The notes: generated by a model not told the origin, from the sequence alone. DNA of 64,000 nucleotides from an uncultured Actinomycetes bacterium (GCA_963742735.1 CAVUMN010000004.1:896001-960000), one strand, 5' to 3'. Positions 20,218 to 29,940 are shown, counted from the stretch's first letter. Made by a program: numbers and translations.

Positions 20218-21407
20218 TGGATCCGCTCGCCGACAACGAGGAGCAGGCGGCCCTCCGCAAGCTCGCCCGCGACGTGGCCGAGCGCGACCTGGCCCCCAAC
20301 GCCACCCACTGGGACGAGACCGAGGAGTTTCCCCACGCGTCGTGGGACGCTCTGAAGTCGGCCGGCCTGTTCGGCGTGACGGTCGGCGAGCCATGGGGCG
20401 GGGCCGGTCTCGGCGACGTCGAGTCGGCGATCGTCCTGGAGGAGCTCGCCCGCGCCGACGTCGGAAGCGCGATCCTCTGCCAGCTCACCTTCAACGGCGC
20501 GCCGCGCGCGATCGAACACCTCGGCAACGAGCGCATGAAGGACCGCTGGCTGCCCGCCGCCGCCAGCGGCGAGCACCTGTTCAGCGTGGGCATCAGCGAG
20601 CCCGACGCGGGCTCGGCCGCGAACCACCTCACCACCCGCCTGAGCGCCGACGGCGACGGCTTCCGGCTGGAGGGCTACAAGAACTACGTGACCGGCGGCC
20701 ACGTCGCCGGCGCCTGCCTGGTGTGGGCCCGGTGGCCGGGCAGCGAGGGCTCCAAGGGGATCGGCTCGGTCGTCGTCGACCTCGCCGCCGACGGAGTGAA
20801 GGTCGTCGGTACCCACAAGAAGATGGGGCTGCGCGGCACCAGCGAGGCCGAGCTCGCGTTCGACGGGGTGCGCGTCGAGCCCGACGACGTCCTGGTCCCC
20901 GGGGCGGAGGACCAGTCCAGCTTCGTCTCCCTGATCTCGCACCTGAACCACGAGCGATGCGGGAACGCGGCGATGTGCGTCGGGGCCGCGCAGGGCGCGC
21001 TCGAGCACGCCATCCGGTACATGAACGAGCGCCGGGTCGGGGAGCGGATGCTCGCCGACTACCAGGGCTTGCAGTGGAAGATCGCCGACATGGCCATCCG
21101 CCTGGAGGGCGCGCGCCTGCTGCTCTACCGGGCGGTCGGCAAGGCCGGCCCGCACGGGACGCCGCCTGCCCTGGAGACGGCGCTGGCGAAGGCCGCCGCG
21201 AACCTGGCCGCGCGCGACGTGTGCGACGAGGCCATCCAGATCTTCGGCGGCTACGGCTACAGCCGCGAGTACCCGGTGGAGCGCATCTACCGCGACGTCC
21301 GGGGGCTCCTCATCGGCGCCGGGACGGTGGAGGTCCAGCGCAACTTCATCGCCGGCCACCTGCTGAGGGGCAAGACCCCGCCCGGCCCCGCCTGGCGTAC
21401 CTCCTAG
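20217..21407 (+). CDS. Acyl-CoA dehydrogenase
   Basis: ISEPDAGS, KMGLRG, YQGLQWKIADM, QIFGGYGY, IGAGTVEVQR. Confidence 0.93.
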   Translation: MDPLADNEEQAALRKLARDVAERDLAPNATHWDETEEFPHASWDALKSAGLFGVTVGEPWGGAGLGDVESAIVLEELARADVGSAILCQLTFNGAPRAIEHLGNERMKDRWLPAAASGEHLFSVGISEPDAGSAANHLTTRLSADGDGFRLEGYKNYVTGGHVAGACLVWARWPGSEGSKGIGSVVVDLAADGVKVVGTHKKMGLRGTSEAELAFDGVRVEPDDVLVPGAEDQSSFVSLISHLNHERCGNAAMCVGAAQGALEHAIRYMNERRVGERMLADYQGLQWKIADMAIRLEGARLLLYRAVGKAGPHGTPPALETALAKAAANLAARDVCDEAIQIFGGYGYSREYPVERIYRDVRGLLIGAGTVEVQRNFIAGHLLRGKTPPGPAWRTS

Positions 21408-22672
21408 GCGCCGACGGGCGCGGCCTCGGTCTCCGGCGCGTCGGCTTCGATGACGTCGGCGGGCTCGTTGCGGGCCCGGAGTCGCGCGTAGACCGGGAGC
21501 GAGAGCAGGGTGGCCAGTCCGCCGACGACGAACCCCGCCGGCACCGAGCGCTCCTGGGACAGGTAGCCCAGTCCGGTCTGTCCTCCGACGCTGCCCACGC
21601 TGCCGACCAGCGAGACGAACGAGACCAGGGTCGCCCGCTCGGAGCTGGGGATCGAGCCGTGGAGGTAGGCCTGGCCCAGCGGGCGGAGCATGCCCCCCGC
21701 CACGGCGCCGAGCAGGAACACCGGGACCGTGATCCAGAACGAACGGACGGCGCCGGTCCCGATCATCGCCGCGGTGAGGACGGCCTGGCCCGCCAGCAGC
21801 AGGGTCGTTCGCCGCCTGCCCGGCTTCGCCAGACGGCTCACCAGGACGTTCCCGGCGATGCCGGCCAGCGCGAAGAGCGCGGCGATGACGCCCGCCAGCC
21901 ACACGGCGTCGCGGCCCCACAGCTCCAGGAAGTACGGCTGCCACGCGTACCAGGCCCAGGAGAAGAACCCGAACGACACGAAGGCGTCGAGCATCAACAG
22001 CCGCACCGATGGCGTCCGGACCCCGAACGTGAGGCCGGCCCGCGCCACCTTCCGCATCTCGCCGACGATGCCCTTCAGTTGCAGCGTCCGGGGCGTGAAC
22101 CCCAGGTCGTGCATCGTCCGCACGCCGACGGCGAAGGCCAGTAGCAGGAGCCCGGCGCGCACGACGTACGGAAGCGACAGGTCGGCCTGCCCGAGGATCC
22201 CTCCGCCGACCGTGCCGATGATCATCCCGACGCTGGAGACGACCCCCGCCCGCGCGAACACGCGGTCCAGAGGCCGCGTGTATCCCGTGGCCTTCAGGGC
22301 GTCGACCAGCCACGCCTCGACCGCGCCGGTGAAGAAGGTGTAGCCGAGCCCCAGGACCACGCCGGCGACGCAGAACAGCAGGAGCCCGCCGCCGATCGCG
22401 GCCACCCCGACATACATGAGCGTCCCGACGGCGAGGATCGACGCCGAGAGCAGGAACGACGCCCGTCGTCCCCGCGTGTCGGCGACGACGCCGGTGGGGA
22501 CCTCGAACAGAGCCATGGCCGCGGTGAACGCCGCGTTGGCCACGAACACCTCGAAGATCGTCAGCCCGGCGTCCAGCAGGAACAGCGTGTTGATGCCCCA
22601 GATCAAGGAGGCGGAGACCGTGAACAGCGCGTTGATCGTCAGGTAGGTGCGGATCACGCGCTCGGGATTCAT
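21404..22672 (-). CDS. MFS transporter
   Basis: Multiple hydrophobic TM segments; EVPTGVVADTRGRR motif A. Confidence 0.9.
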   Translation of the reverse strand: MNPERVIRTYLTINALFTVSASLIWGINTLFLLDAGLTIFEVFVANAAFTAAMALFEVPTGVVADTRGRRASFLLSASILAVGTLMYVGVAAIGGGLLLFCVAGVVLGLGYTFFTGAVEAWLVDALKATGYTRPLDRVFARAGVVSSVGMIIGTVGGGILGQADLSLPYVVRAGLLLLAFAVGVRTMHDLGFTPRTLQLKGIVGEMRKVARAGLTFGVRTPSVRLLMLDAFVSFGFFSWAWYAWQPYFLELWGRDAVWLAGVIAALFALAGIAGNVLVSRLAKPGRRRTTLLLAGQAVLTAAMIGTGAVRSFWITVPVFLLGAVAGGMLRPLGQAYLHGSIPSSERATLVSFVSLVGSVGSVGGQTGLGYLSQERSVPAGFVVGGLATLLSLPVYARLRARNEPADVIEADAPETEAAPVGA

Positions 22673-22700
22673 GTCCGTGTCAGCGTAATCCCGCCGCGAG

Positions 22701-23105
22701 CTATTCCGCGGCGCGATCCAGCTCGCGGCGGAACGAGCCCGACCCGCGGGCGTTCGCCCCGAGCTCCCGGATCCGCTCCGCCAGCCGGGCGTCCGACGTG
22801 ACGACGGTGATCGACGACGGGTCGGCGTCCTCGGAGACCATCCGCACGATCTCGTGGTCCGCGGCGTTGCGCCCCCGCCGCGACGCGAAGGCCACCTCGA
22901 CCGCCCCGTGGCGGCCCGGCTCGACGTCGGGCGGACGGCGGTCGAACACCACCGTGATCTCGCCCGGGCTCGCGGCCGCGTACCGGCCGAGCTCCTCGAT
23001 GAACCGCCGCACGGCGCGGTCGGGGTCGTTCCACCACTTGTCCGGCCGGGACCCGATGACGTTCATCCCGTCGACCAGCAGGCGCGATTCGCGAGCGGCG
23101 CTCAG
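22701..23105 (-). CDS. NYN/YacP-like PIN-domain RNase
   Basis: LLVDGMNVIG..VVFD..ADHEI..VVTSD; conserved LLVDG lies upstream of the first ATG (23066), so a CTG start at 23105 is inferred. Confidence 0.75.
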   Translation of the reverse strand: MSAARESRLLVDGMNVIGSRPDKWWNDPDRAVRRFIEELGRYAAASPGEITVVFDRRPPDVEPGRHGAVEVAFASRRGRNAADHEIVRMVSEDADPSSITVVTSDARLAERIRELGANARGSGSFRRELDRAAE

Positions 23106-23106
23106 G

Positions 23107-23874
23107 TCAGCTCGGCGCCATCCGCAGGGCGCCGTCCAGCCGGATCGTCTCCCCGTTCAGCATGGGGTTCTCGGCGATCGAGCACACCAGGTGGGCGTAC
23201 TCCTCGGGCTTGCCCAGGCGCTTCGGGAACGGGATGCCGGCCCCCAGGGCCTGGCGCTGCTCGTCGGGCATCAACGAGAAGAGCGGCGTGTCGAACAGCC
23301 CCGGGGCGATGGTGTTGACGCGGATCCCCCGGCTGGCCAGGTCGCGGGCCGCGGGGAGCGTGAGCGAGACGATGCCGCCCTTCGAGGCGGCGTAGGCGGT
23401 CTGGCCGATCTGCCCATCGAACGCGGCGACCGACGCGGTCATGACGACCAGCCCGCGCTCGCCCTCCTCGTTCGGCTCGTTGGCGTTCATCGTCCACGCC
23501 GCGTGGCGCAGGAAGTTGTACATGCCGATCAGGTTGACGCGGATCACGCTCTCGAACGGGTCGACCGGCGCGGGGCCCTCCCGGGAGATCGTTCGCTGCG
23601 CCCACCCGATGCCGGCGCAGCCGACCGCCAGCCGCACCTCGCCGAACGCCTCCACCGCGCCCTCGAACGCGGCCCTGACCGTCTCGCCGTCGCCGACGTC
23701 GCACGGGAAGGCGCGGGCCGCATCGCCGAGCTCGGCTGCGAGCTGCGTCCCCCGGTCCGCGTTGTAGTCGGCGATGGCCACGCGGCCGCCCCGGGCCACG
23801 ATCGCGCGGGCCGTGGCCTCCCCCAGGCCCGACGCGCCGCCGGAGACGACCGCGGAGATCCCCCTCAGGTCCAT
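23107..23874 (-). CDS. SDR, 3-hydroxyacyl-CoA dehydrogenase type II (HSD10-like)
   Basis: SGGASGLG, GERG, ASVAAFDGQIGQTAYAASKGG, NGETIRLDGALRM. Confidence 0.92.
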   Translation of the reverse strand: MDLRGISAVVSGGASGLGEATARAIVARGGRVAIADYNADRGTQLAAELGDAARAFPCDVGDGETVRAAFEGAVEAFGEVRLAVGCAGIGWAQRTISREGPAPVDPFESVIRVNLIGMYNFLRHAAWTMNANEPNEEGERGLVVMTASVAAFDGQIGQTAYAASKGGIVSLTLPAARDLASRGIRVNTIAPGLFDTPLFSLMPDEQRQALGAGIPFPKRLGKPEEYAHLVCSIAENPMLNGETIRLDGALRMAPS

Positions 23875-23898
23875 GTCGGCACCTTACCCGTACCCACC

Positions 23899-24210
23899 TC
23901 AGGCGAGGAGCCGCGCCGCCGCCGTGACCGCGGCCGCCAACCCGATCACCAGCAGCGTCGGCGCCCGCCGCCACCCGGCCACCAGGATCGCGGCGGCCCC
24001 CACGCCGATCGCCCGCTCGTCCAGCACCAGCCGGGGCCCCGACGCGAACGTCTGCGTGACCACCAGCGCGGCCAGGACCGCCGGCGCCAGCAGGATCAGC
24101 GCGCCGTCGAGCCTCGCCGGCAGGGGCCGCGCGCCCAGGACGACGGGGCCGAGGGCCTTGAAGACCACCGTCACGCCGCCGACCAGGGCCACCACCACCC
24201 AGCCCCTCAT
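23899..24210 (-). CDS. azlD: AzlD domain membrane protein
   Basis: Small hydrophobic protein, LAPAVLAALVV; downstream of azlC. Confidence 0.8.
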   Translation of the reverse strand: MRGWVVVALVGGVTVVFKALGPVVLGARPLPARLDGALILLAPAVLAALVVTQTFASGPRLVLDERAIGVGAAAILVAGWRRAPTLLVIGLAAAVTAAARLLA

Positions 24211-24884
24211 CCCGCACCCCGACGTCCGAAGGCCCCGGGAAGGCAGGCCGCCGCGGCCGCGATGATCGGCACGCCGGCCGGGGCGAACGGCAGGAGGGCG
24301 AGCGCGATGGCCGCGCCGCCCAGCGCCGCCGCCATCGCACGGCGGTTGCGGAGCTGCGGCGTGAGGAGGGCCAGGAAGAGCGCCGGGAAGGCGGCGTCCA
24401 GGCCCAGCGTCTCAGGGTCCGGGAGCGCGGCGGCCCCGAGCACCCCGAGCAGCGTGCCCCCCACCCACCCAAGCCACAGCAGGACGCCGGCGCCGAGCAG
24501 GACGTCGCGGTCGATGCGGCCGTCGCCCCGGTTCGCCACCGCCCACGACTCGTCCACCACCAGCTGGGCCAGCAGCGCTCGCCGCCACCAGGGCCCGTTC
24601 AGCACGGAGGCGACCGAGACGCCGATCGGCACGTAGCGGGCGTTCAGCAGCGCCGCCGCCGCGACCGCCGCGGCGATCGTCCCGCCGCCCCCCAGGATCG
24701 ACACGGCCGCGAACTGGGCCGAGCCCGCGAAGGTCGTCGCCGACATGACCACCGGCGCGACCGGACCCATCCCCGCGTCGCGCGCCAGCAAGCCGAACGG
24801 GATCCCGAACGCGGCGACGGCGACGGCGAGCGGCCAGCCCCGGCGGAACCCGGGCCGGAGGAACGAGAGCGACGGGGCGGGCAC
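24207..24884 (-). CDS. azlC: AzlC family branched-chain amino acid exporter
   Basis: FAGSAQF, NARY, VDESWA, GLDAAFPALFL. Confidence 0.88.
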   Translation of the reverse strand: MPAPSLSFLRPGFRRGWPLAVAVAAFGIPFGLLARDAGMGPVAPVVMSATTFAGSAQFAAVSILGGGGTIAAAVAAAALLNARYVPIGVSVASVLNGPWWRRALLAQLVVDESWAVANRGDGRIDRDVLLGAGVLLWLGWVGGTLLGVLGAAALPDPETLGLDAAFPALFLALLTPQLRNRRAMAAALGGAAIALALLPFAPAGVPIIAAAAACLPGAFGRRGAG

Positions 24885-25334
24885 CTAGTGGGGCTGGTGC
24901 GGCCCGGCGGCGGCCTCCAGGCCGGCCGCGACCGCGCGCAGCTGCGCCTCGGTCAGCTTGCCGGTGAAGTGCTCGCGGACGCCGCGGAGGTGGGTCACCG
25001 AGGCCCGCTTCAGGTGCGCGAGCCCCTTCGGCGTGAGCAGCACCCGCCACGCCCGCGCGTCCTCGGCGTCCTCCGCTCGTTCGACGAGCCCCTGCGCAAC
25101 CAGGCGGTCGACGGCCCGCGTGGCGCCGCTGGGGGAGAGCAGGACCCGCTCGGCGAGCTCGCGCATGCGGAGCGCCCGGTCCGGTGCGCGGGCGAGCCGG
25201 AGAAGAACATCGTACGAGGCCATCGAGAGGTCGTGCTCCTCGCGGAGCTCGCGGTCGAGCCGCTCCACCACGTCGTGCGACGCGTGCAGGAGCGCCTGCC
25301 AGGCCCGCAGCTCGGTGTCGCTCAGCCGGCTCAC
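24885..25334 (-). CDS. MarR family transcriptional regulator
   Basis: YDVLLRL, LRMRELAERVLLSPSGATRAVDRL, DAR..LTPKG. Confidence 0.92.
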   Translation of the reverse strand: MSRLSDTELRAWQALLHASHDVVERLDRELREEHDLSMASYDVLLRLARAPDRALRMRELAERVLLSPSGATRAVDRLVAQGLVERAEDAEDARAWRVLLTPKGLAHLKRASVTHLRGVREHFTGKLTEAQLRAVAAGLEAAAGPHQPH

Positions 25335-25358
25335 GAGAGGAGCCTAGCAAGAAATTAA

Positions 25359-25402
25359 TTGCGTACGCAACTACTTTGGCATAGTATTTGCGTACGCAAC
25401 TA
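25359..25402. promoter_or_regulatory. Two copies of the palindrome TTGCGTACGCAA, probable MarR operators
   Basis: TTGCGTACGCAACTA at 25359-25373 and 25388-25402 in an AT-rich divergent intergenic region. Confidence 0.85.
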
Positions 25403-25420
25403 AATCAGGGAGGGACGAAC

Positions 25421-26299
25421 ATGCGCTACGGACTGAACGTTTCGCCGTCGGCGGCTCAGGGAGCCGACCCCGTGGGCGACGCCCGGCGGGCCGAGGAGCT
25501 GGGGTTCGACTTCGTCTCGGTGAACGACCACCTTCACGGGACGAGCCCCACGTTCGAGACGTGGACGCTCCTGACGTGGATCGCCGCCGCCACGACGCGG
25601 ATCGGCGTCGCCAGCCGGGTCCTGGGCGTGCCGTACCGGTCGCCGGCGGTCCTCGCCAAGATGGCCGAGAGCCTGGACCGCCTTTCGGAGGGCCGTCTGA
25701 TCCTGGGCCTCGGCGGCGGTGCGTCCAACGAGGAGTTCCGCGCGTTCGGGCTCGGCGAGCCGACGCCGGGGGAGAAGGTCGCCGGCCTCGAGGACGCCAT
25801 CCGCATCGCCCACGGTCTGTGGTCGGAGCCCGGCTTCACCTTCGAGGGCGGCCGGTACCGCGTGGAACGCGCCGAGCTCGAGCCGAAGCCCGTCCGGCCG
25901 ATCCCGATCTGGGTCGGCACGTACGGACCCCGCATGCTGGACCTGACCGGGCGGCTGGCCGACGGGTGGATCCCGTCCTACGGGTACGCGCCGCCGGAGG
26001 CGATCCCGACAATGCGCGGACGGATCCTCGCCGCCGCGGAGGGCGCCGGCCGCGACCCGGCGGCGCTCGAGCTCGTCTACAACGTCGAGGTCCGCGTGGA
26101 GGACCGCCCGAGCGGCACGCACGCCGAGGTGAGCGGGTCCCCGGACGAGCTGGCCGAACGGCTGGCCGGCTTCGCCGCGCTCGGGTTCACGGGCGTGAAC
26201 CTGTTCCCGGTCGGCGGGGGGCTCGCCGAGCAGGCCGAACGCCTGGCGCGGGAGGTGATCCCCGCGATCCGCTTTGAGACGGACATCACAGTTCCGTGA
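25421..26299 (+). CDS. LLM-class flavin-dependent oxidoreductase
   Basis: GGGAGGG RBS; VNDH, LDRLSEGRLILGLGGG, PIPIWVG, ADGW. Confidence 0.9.
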   Translation: MRYGLNVSPSAAQGADPVGDARRAEELGFDFVSVNDHLHGTSPTFETWTLLTWIAAATTRIGVASRVLGVPYRSPAVLAKMAESLDRLSEGRLILGLGGGASNEEFRAFGLGEPTPGEKVAGLEDAIRIAHGLWSEPGFTFEGGRYRVERAELEPKPVRPIPIWVGTYGPRMLDLTGRLADGWIPSYGYAPPEAIPTMRGRILAAAEGAGRDPAALELVYNVEVRVEDRPSGTHAEVSGSPDELAERLAGFAALGFTGVNLFPVGGGLAEQAERLAREVIPAIRFETDITVP

Positions 26300-26336
26300 G
26301 CGACCAGAGGGGAATATCCTTGGGGAGGAGGCCCGC

Positions 26337-26612
26337 ATGGTCCGCTACTACTGCACGTGGTGTGGGAACACCGCGAAGCGGGACGGCCGGAACGACACCG
26401 TCCGGTGCGGCCGCTGCGTGCAGGAGGCCGTCCGCCTGTTCCACTACTGGCCGTGGACCGTGATGATCCCGCTGGAGCCGGGCGAGCGTCCGCCCCCGCC
26501 CCGAGCCTCTCGCCGCCGGTTCGAGTTCCGCGACGTGCAGTCGCACCAGGTCACCGGGCGGACCGAGGTCGTGGGGGCGCCCCGCCTCCGGCTGAAGCCC
26601 GTCCCCCTGTAA
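26337..26612 (+). CDS. Small hypothetical Zn-ribbon protein
   Basis: GGAGGAG RBS; CTWC...CGRC. Confidence 0.55.
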   Translation: MVRYYCTWCGNTAKRDGRNDTVRCGRCVQEAVRLFHYWPWTVMIPLEPGERPPPPRASRRRFEFRDVQSHQVTGRTEVVGAPRLRLKPVPL

Positions 26613-26718
26613 CGCCCACGCTCGAAGCCGAGCAAGTTCACACGCCTGTCACCTTCCGGCAATCGGTGCGCAACGTTCGCGCGCCATCCTGGGCTCGCGT
26701 CCGAAGGGAGGTGGGCAC

Positions 26719-26943
26719 ATGCAGGACCGGGTCAGGATGGGTCTGGCGGGTCAGCCGAGCGTTGCCGCCGGGCGACACCCCGAGGCATGGGGCTCCGTTG
26801 CCGGTGGCGAGGTCGGCGCGGTCGTGGAGGCCGTGACGGCGCGCTCGTTCCTGTACGAGGACCCCGGATCCTTCCGGGCGGGCGTGGCGGAGCTGCTGCG
26901 CGCGCTCGGGGCGGCCGGGGTGTTCGCGCCGCTTCCCGCGTAG
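26719..26943 (+). CDS. Small hypothetical protein
   Basis: Strong AAGGGAGGT RBS; GC3-biased 3' half; fills the gap before a convergent gene. Confidence 0.5.
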   Translation: MQDRVRMGLAGQPSVAAGRHPEAWGSVAGGEVGAVVEAVTARSFLYEDPGSFRAGVAELLRALGAAGVFAPLPA

Positions 26944-26945
26944 CC

Positions 26946-27968
26946 CTACGGGATCGCGACGAGCTTCGTCGGCGGATCGACCAGCGCCTCCGCGACCTCG
27001 TCCCACGACACCGTCGTGCGGATCCGGTCGGGGTCGATCCGCCCGGACGCCACCAGGTCGATCACGCGCGGCAGCATCGGGCCGACGTGGGGGCGCCCGA
27101 TGAAGAACGTGATCCCGTTGTCGTACATCTCCAACAGCGGCACCGGCGTCGGCGTGTAGTAGATGCCGATGCTGGTGCACACGCCCCCGGGCTCGGTCGA
27201 GCGCAACGCCACCGCGAGGCCCTCCGGCATCCCGCTGGCGTCGACGGTGACCCCGAACCGTCCGGCCTTGCGCTCGGGGAGCTCGGCGATCGTCTCGGCC
27301 CCGTACGCTTCCGCCGCGGCGCGCCGCTCCGCGTTCCCGTCCACGTAGACCACCCGCGAGGCGCCAAGCGCGCGCGCCACGTCCACCGCGTAGAGCGGGA
27401 TGCTCGCCGCCCAGCCACCGACCACCAGCACCTCCGCGCCGGCGTGAGCGCCCTCCAGGGCCGGGGCCACGGTTCGCCAGCCGTCGGTGATGTTGTCGCT
27501 GGCGGTGGCGAGCGTGGCCGGCTCGATCCCCTCCGGAATCCGGAACAGCATCCGCTCGGCGAACGGCACGCGGACCAGGTCCGAGAACGCGCCGCCCCAC
27601 TCGTGGCCGCCGAGCGCCCCGAACCCGTACATGGCCCGGTAGGGCACGCCCTCGCCCTGGCAGTTCGCGGTCAGTCCGAGCGAACACCGGTCGCACTCGC
27701 CGCAGTAGATCTGGAACGACACCGCTACGCGATCGCCGGGCGCGAACGACGTCACGCCGTCGCCCACGTCCACCACCTCGCCCGCGAACTCGTGGCCGAT
27801 CGCATACGGGCCGGGGATCGGCGCCAGGCCCCGGACGACCGCACCGTCCAGGTCGCAGGCGGCCACCGCGAGCGGCCGAACGATGGCCTCACCCGGCCCC
27901 CGCAGCGCGGGCTCGTCGACGTCGCGCCACTCGAGCTTGCCGGGCTCCACGAACCACAGGGACCGCAC
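26946..27968 (-). CDS. Zn-dependent alcohol dehydrogenase (MDR)
   Basis: ACDLD, GHEFAG, CGECDRC..NC. Confidence 0.9.
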   Translation of the reverse strand: MRSLWFVEPGKLEWRDVDEPALRGPGEAIVRPLAVAACDLDGAVVRGLAPIPGPYAIGHEFAGEVVDVGDGVTSFAPGDRVAVSFQIYCGECDRCSLGLTANCQGEGVPYRAMYGFGALGGHEWGGAFSDLVRVPFAERMLFRIPEGIEPATLATASDNITDGWRTVAPALEGAHAGAEVLVVGGWAASIPLYAVDVARALGASRVVYVDGNAERRAAAEAYGAETIAELPERKAGRFGVTVDASGMPEGLAVALRSTEPGGVCTSIGIYYTPTPVPLLEMYDNGITFFIGRPHVGPMLPRVIDLVASGRIDPDRIRTTVSWDEVAEALVDPPTKLVAIP

Positions 27969-28019
27969 GCGCGGACCCTATCGGCGTTTCGGCCGGCGCG
28001 CCGCGCGTAGAGTTCGCGC

Positions 28020-28757
28020 ATGCCCGCCAGGCGCGAGGCCGCGGCCCTCGATCGCCGCACCCGGTACGAGGAGATCCTCATCGTGCTGGGGCTGACGGTC
28101 CTGTATTCCGTCGTCCTGTCGGTCATCGATCTGCTGTCGGTGCCCCTCAAGGGCAGCTCGGTGGCCACCATCTCGCAGTCGGTGTTCGTGGCCCGCCACC
28201 TGGCCGGGATCGTCTTCGCGCTGGTCCCGGTGTGGCTGGTCGTCCACCTCCTGCGTCGAAGCGGCGATGGACCGGAGGCGATCGGCTTCCGTCTGCGACT
28301 GCCCGGCGACGACCTCGCGCTCGGCATCGCCCTCGCCGTCGTCGTCTCCGCGGTGGGGCTGGGCGTCTACGTGCTCGCCTTCGAGCTCGGGCTGAACCGG
28401 CTGGTGATCCCGGTGCCGCCCCTCGATCACTGGTGGACGGTGCCGGTGCTGGTCCTCGACGCGGCCCAGAACGGCTTCCTGGAGGAGGTCGTCGTCGCCG
28501 GGTACCTGCTCCACCGGCTGGGACAGGCCGGGTGGTCACCGCGCAAGGCCCTGATCGCGACCTCGGTCCTGCGCGGTTCGTACCACCTCTACCAGGGGTT
28601 CGGTGGGTTCGTGGGGAACCTAGCCCTCGGGATGCTCTTCGGATGGATCTTCCAGCGGACCCGCCGCGTGTGGCCCCTCATCGTGGCCCACACGCTGGTG
28701 GACGTACTCGCCGGGGTCGGCTACATCGTGTTCAGGGACCGTGTCGCCTTCATCTGA
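28020..28757 (+). CDS. CPBP (CAAX/Abi) intramembrane metalloprotease
   Basis: LEEVVVAG, SYHLYQG, VAHTLVD. Confidence 0.88.
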   Translation: MPARREAAALDRRTRYEEILIVLGLTVLYSVVLSVIDLLSVPLKGSSVATISQSVFVARHLAGIVFALVPVWLVVHLLRRSGDGPEAIGFRLRLPGDDLALGIALAVVVSAVGLGVYVLAFELGLNRLVIPVPPLDHWWTVPVLVLDAAQNGFLEEVVVAGYLLHRLGQAGWSPRKALIATSVLRGSYHLYQGFGGFVGNLALGMLFGWIFQRTRRVWPLIVAHTLVDVLAGVGYIVFRDRVAFI

Positions 28758-29940
28758 GCGCGGGGGGAGCCGGCTCCGCCGGGTCCTGGCCGTCGCGGTC
28801 ACGGCCGGGCTGGTCTTCGCGCTCGCGCTGCCCTCCGGGCGCGCGGCCGTGCCCGACCGCGTCCCGATCGCCGGGTGGAAGCCGCTGCCGGCGGCCTCGA
28901 AGGTGCGCGTCTCCCGTGAGGCTCGAGCGGCGCGGAAGGCGATCCTGGGTCGGCACGCGCTGGATCCTCGCTACGTCACCCTCGCCTGGTACGGCGTCTC
29001 GTCGTTCATCGTCACGATCCGCGGGCATCTCTTGCTGTTCGACGCGTGGGAGATCGTCGGCGCGCACAAGGACTACGTGCCGATCGGGCGGGAGGACCTG
29101 GCCGCGATCGACCCCGAGGCCATCCTGATCGGGCACGGGCACTTCGACCACGCGGCCGACGCCGGATACGTCGCCGGGCGAACCGGCGCCGCGGTCGTGG
29201 GCAGCGAGGAGATCTGCGACCAGGCCAAGGCGTACGCGAACGAGGACGGCCTCGCCGGCAGGTTCACCTGCGCGATCACCGGCACGGCCACGACGCCGGC
29301 GCCCGGCACCATCCAGTCCTTCCGGCTGTTCGAGGACGTCGCGCCGGTTCGCGTCCTGCAGCACATCCACTCCGCCAGCGAACCGCCGTCGGCCGAGAAC
29401 CCGCCGGACCCGTTCCTGCCGGTGTTCGACCCTCTGCCGTACGTCGAGCACTTTCAGGACGACCCCGAGGAGCTCCAGAAGTTCATGGAGAGCCTGGACG
29501 ACGCCCAGGGCGGGACGTGGATGTATCACCTGACGGCCGGCGCCTTCACGCTGCTGATCGGGGACTCGGCCGGGCCGATCTGGGACTCCGCGGACGTCCG
29601 GGGGGCGCTCGACTCGTTCCCGGGATGCGTCGACGTCATGGCCAACGCGATCCTCGGGTTCGACCAGCCGGTGTCCGGGCTGCGCGATCCCCGGCTCTAC
29701 GTCGAGCACGCCCACCCCCGTGTGTTCGTCCCCAGCCACGCCGACGCGTGGGCGCCGGTGCTGTCCGCGGGGCAGGACCGATACGTCGACGAGTGGTCGA
29801 CCCAGATGGCCGAGCTCGATCACCGGCCGCAGGTGGACTTCCTGATCGACCCCGAAGACTACCTGGCCGAGCGGGCCTACCGGGTGGCCGACCGCCGGTG
29901 GCGGGCGCCGATGCCCGGCTCCCGCTGCGCGAAGCGCTAG
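28741..29940 (+). CDS. Secreted metallo-beta-lactamase-fold hydrolase
   Basis: Signal-peptide-like N-terminus; IGHGHFDHAAD, IGDSAG, PSHAD. Confidence 0.8.
   Translation: MSPSSERGGSRLRRVLAVAVTAGLVFALALPSGRAAVPDRVPIAGWKPLPAASKVRVSREARAARKAILGRHALDPRYVTLAWYGVSSFIVTIRGHLLLFDAWEIVGAHKDYVPIGREDLAAIDPEAILIGHGHFDHAADAGYVAGRTGAAVVGSEEICDQAKAYANEDGLAGRFTCAITGTATTPAPGTIQSFRLFEDVAPVRVLQHIHSASEPPSAENPPDPFLPVFDPLPYVEHFQDDPEELQKFMESLDDAQGGTWMYHLTAGAFTLLIGDSAGPIWDSADVRGALDSFPGCVDVMANAILGFDQPVSGLRDPRLYVEHAHPRVFVPSHADAWAPVLSAGQDRYVDEWSTQMAELDHRPQVDFLIDPEDYLAERAYRVADRRWRAPMPGSRCAKR

Noticed and set aside
26284-26300. TCAC-N6-GTGA palindrome as a CRP site
   Set aside because: The half-sites are in the reverse order of the CRP consensus and overlap a gene end, so the support is insufficient.
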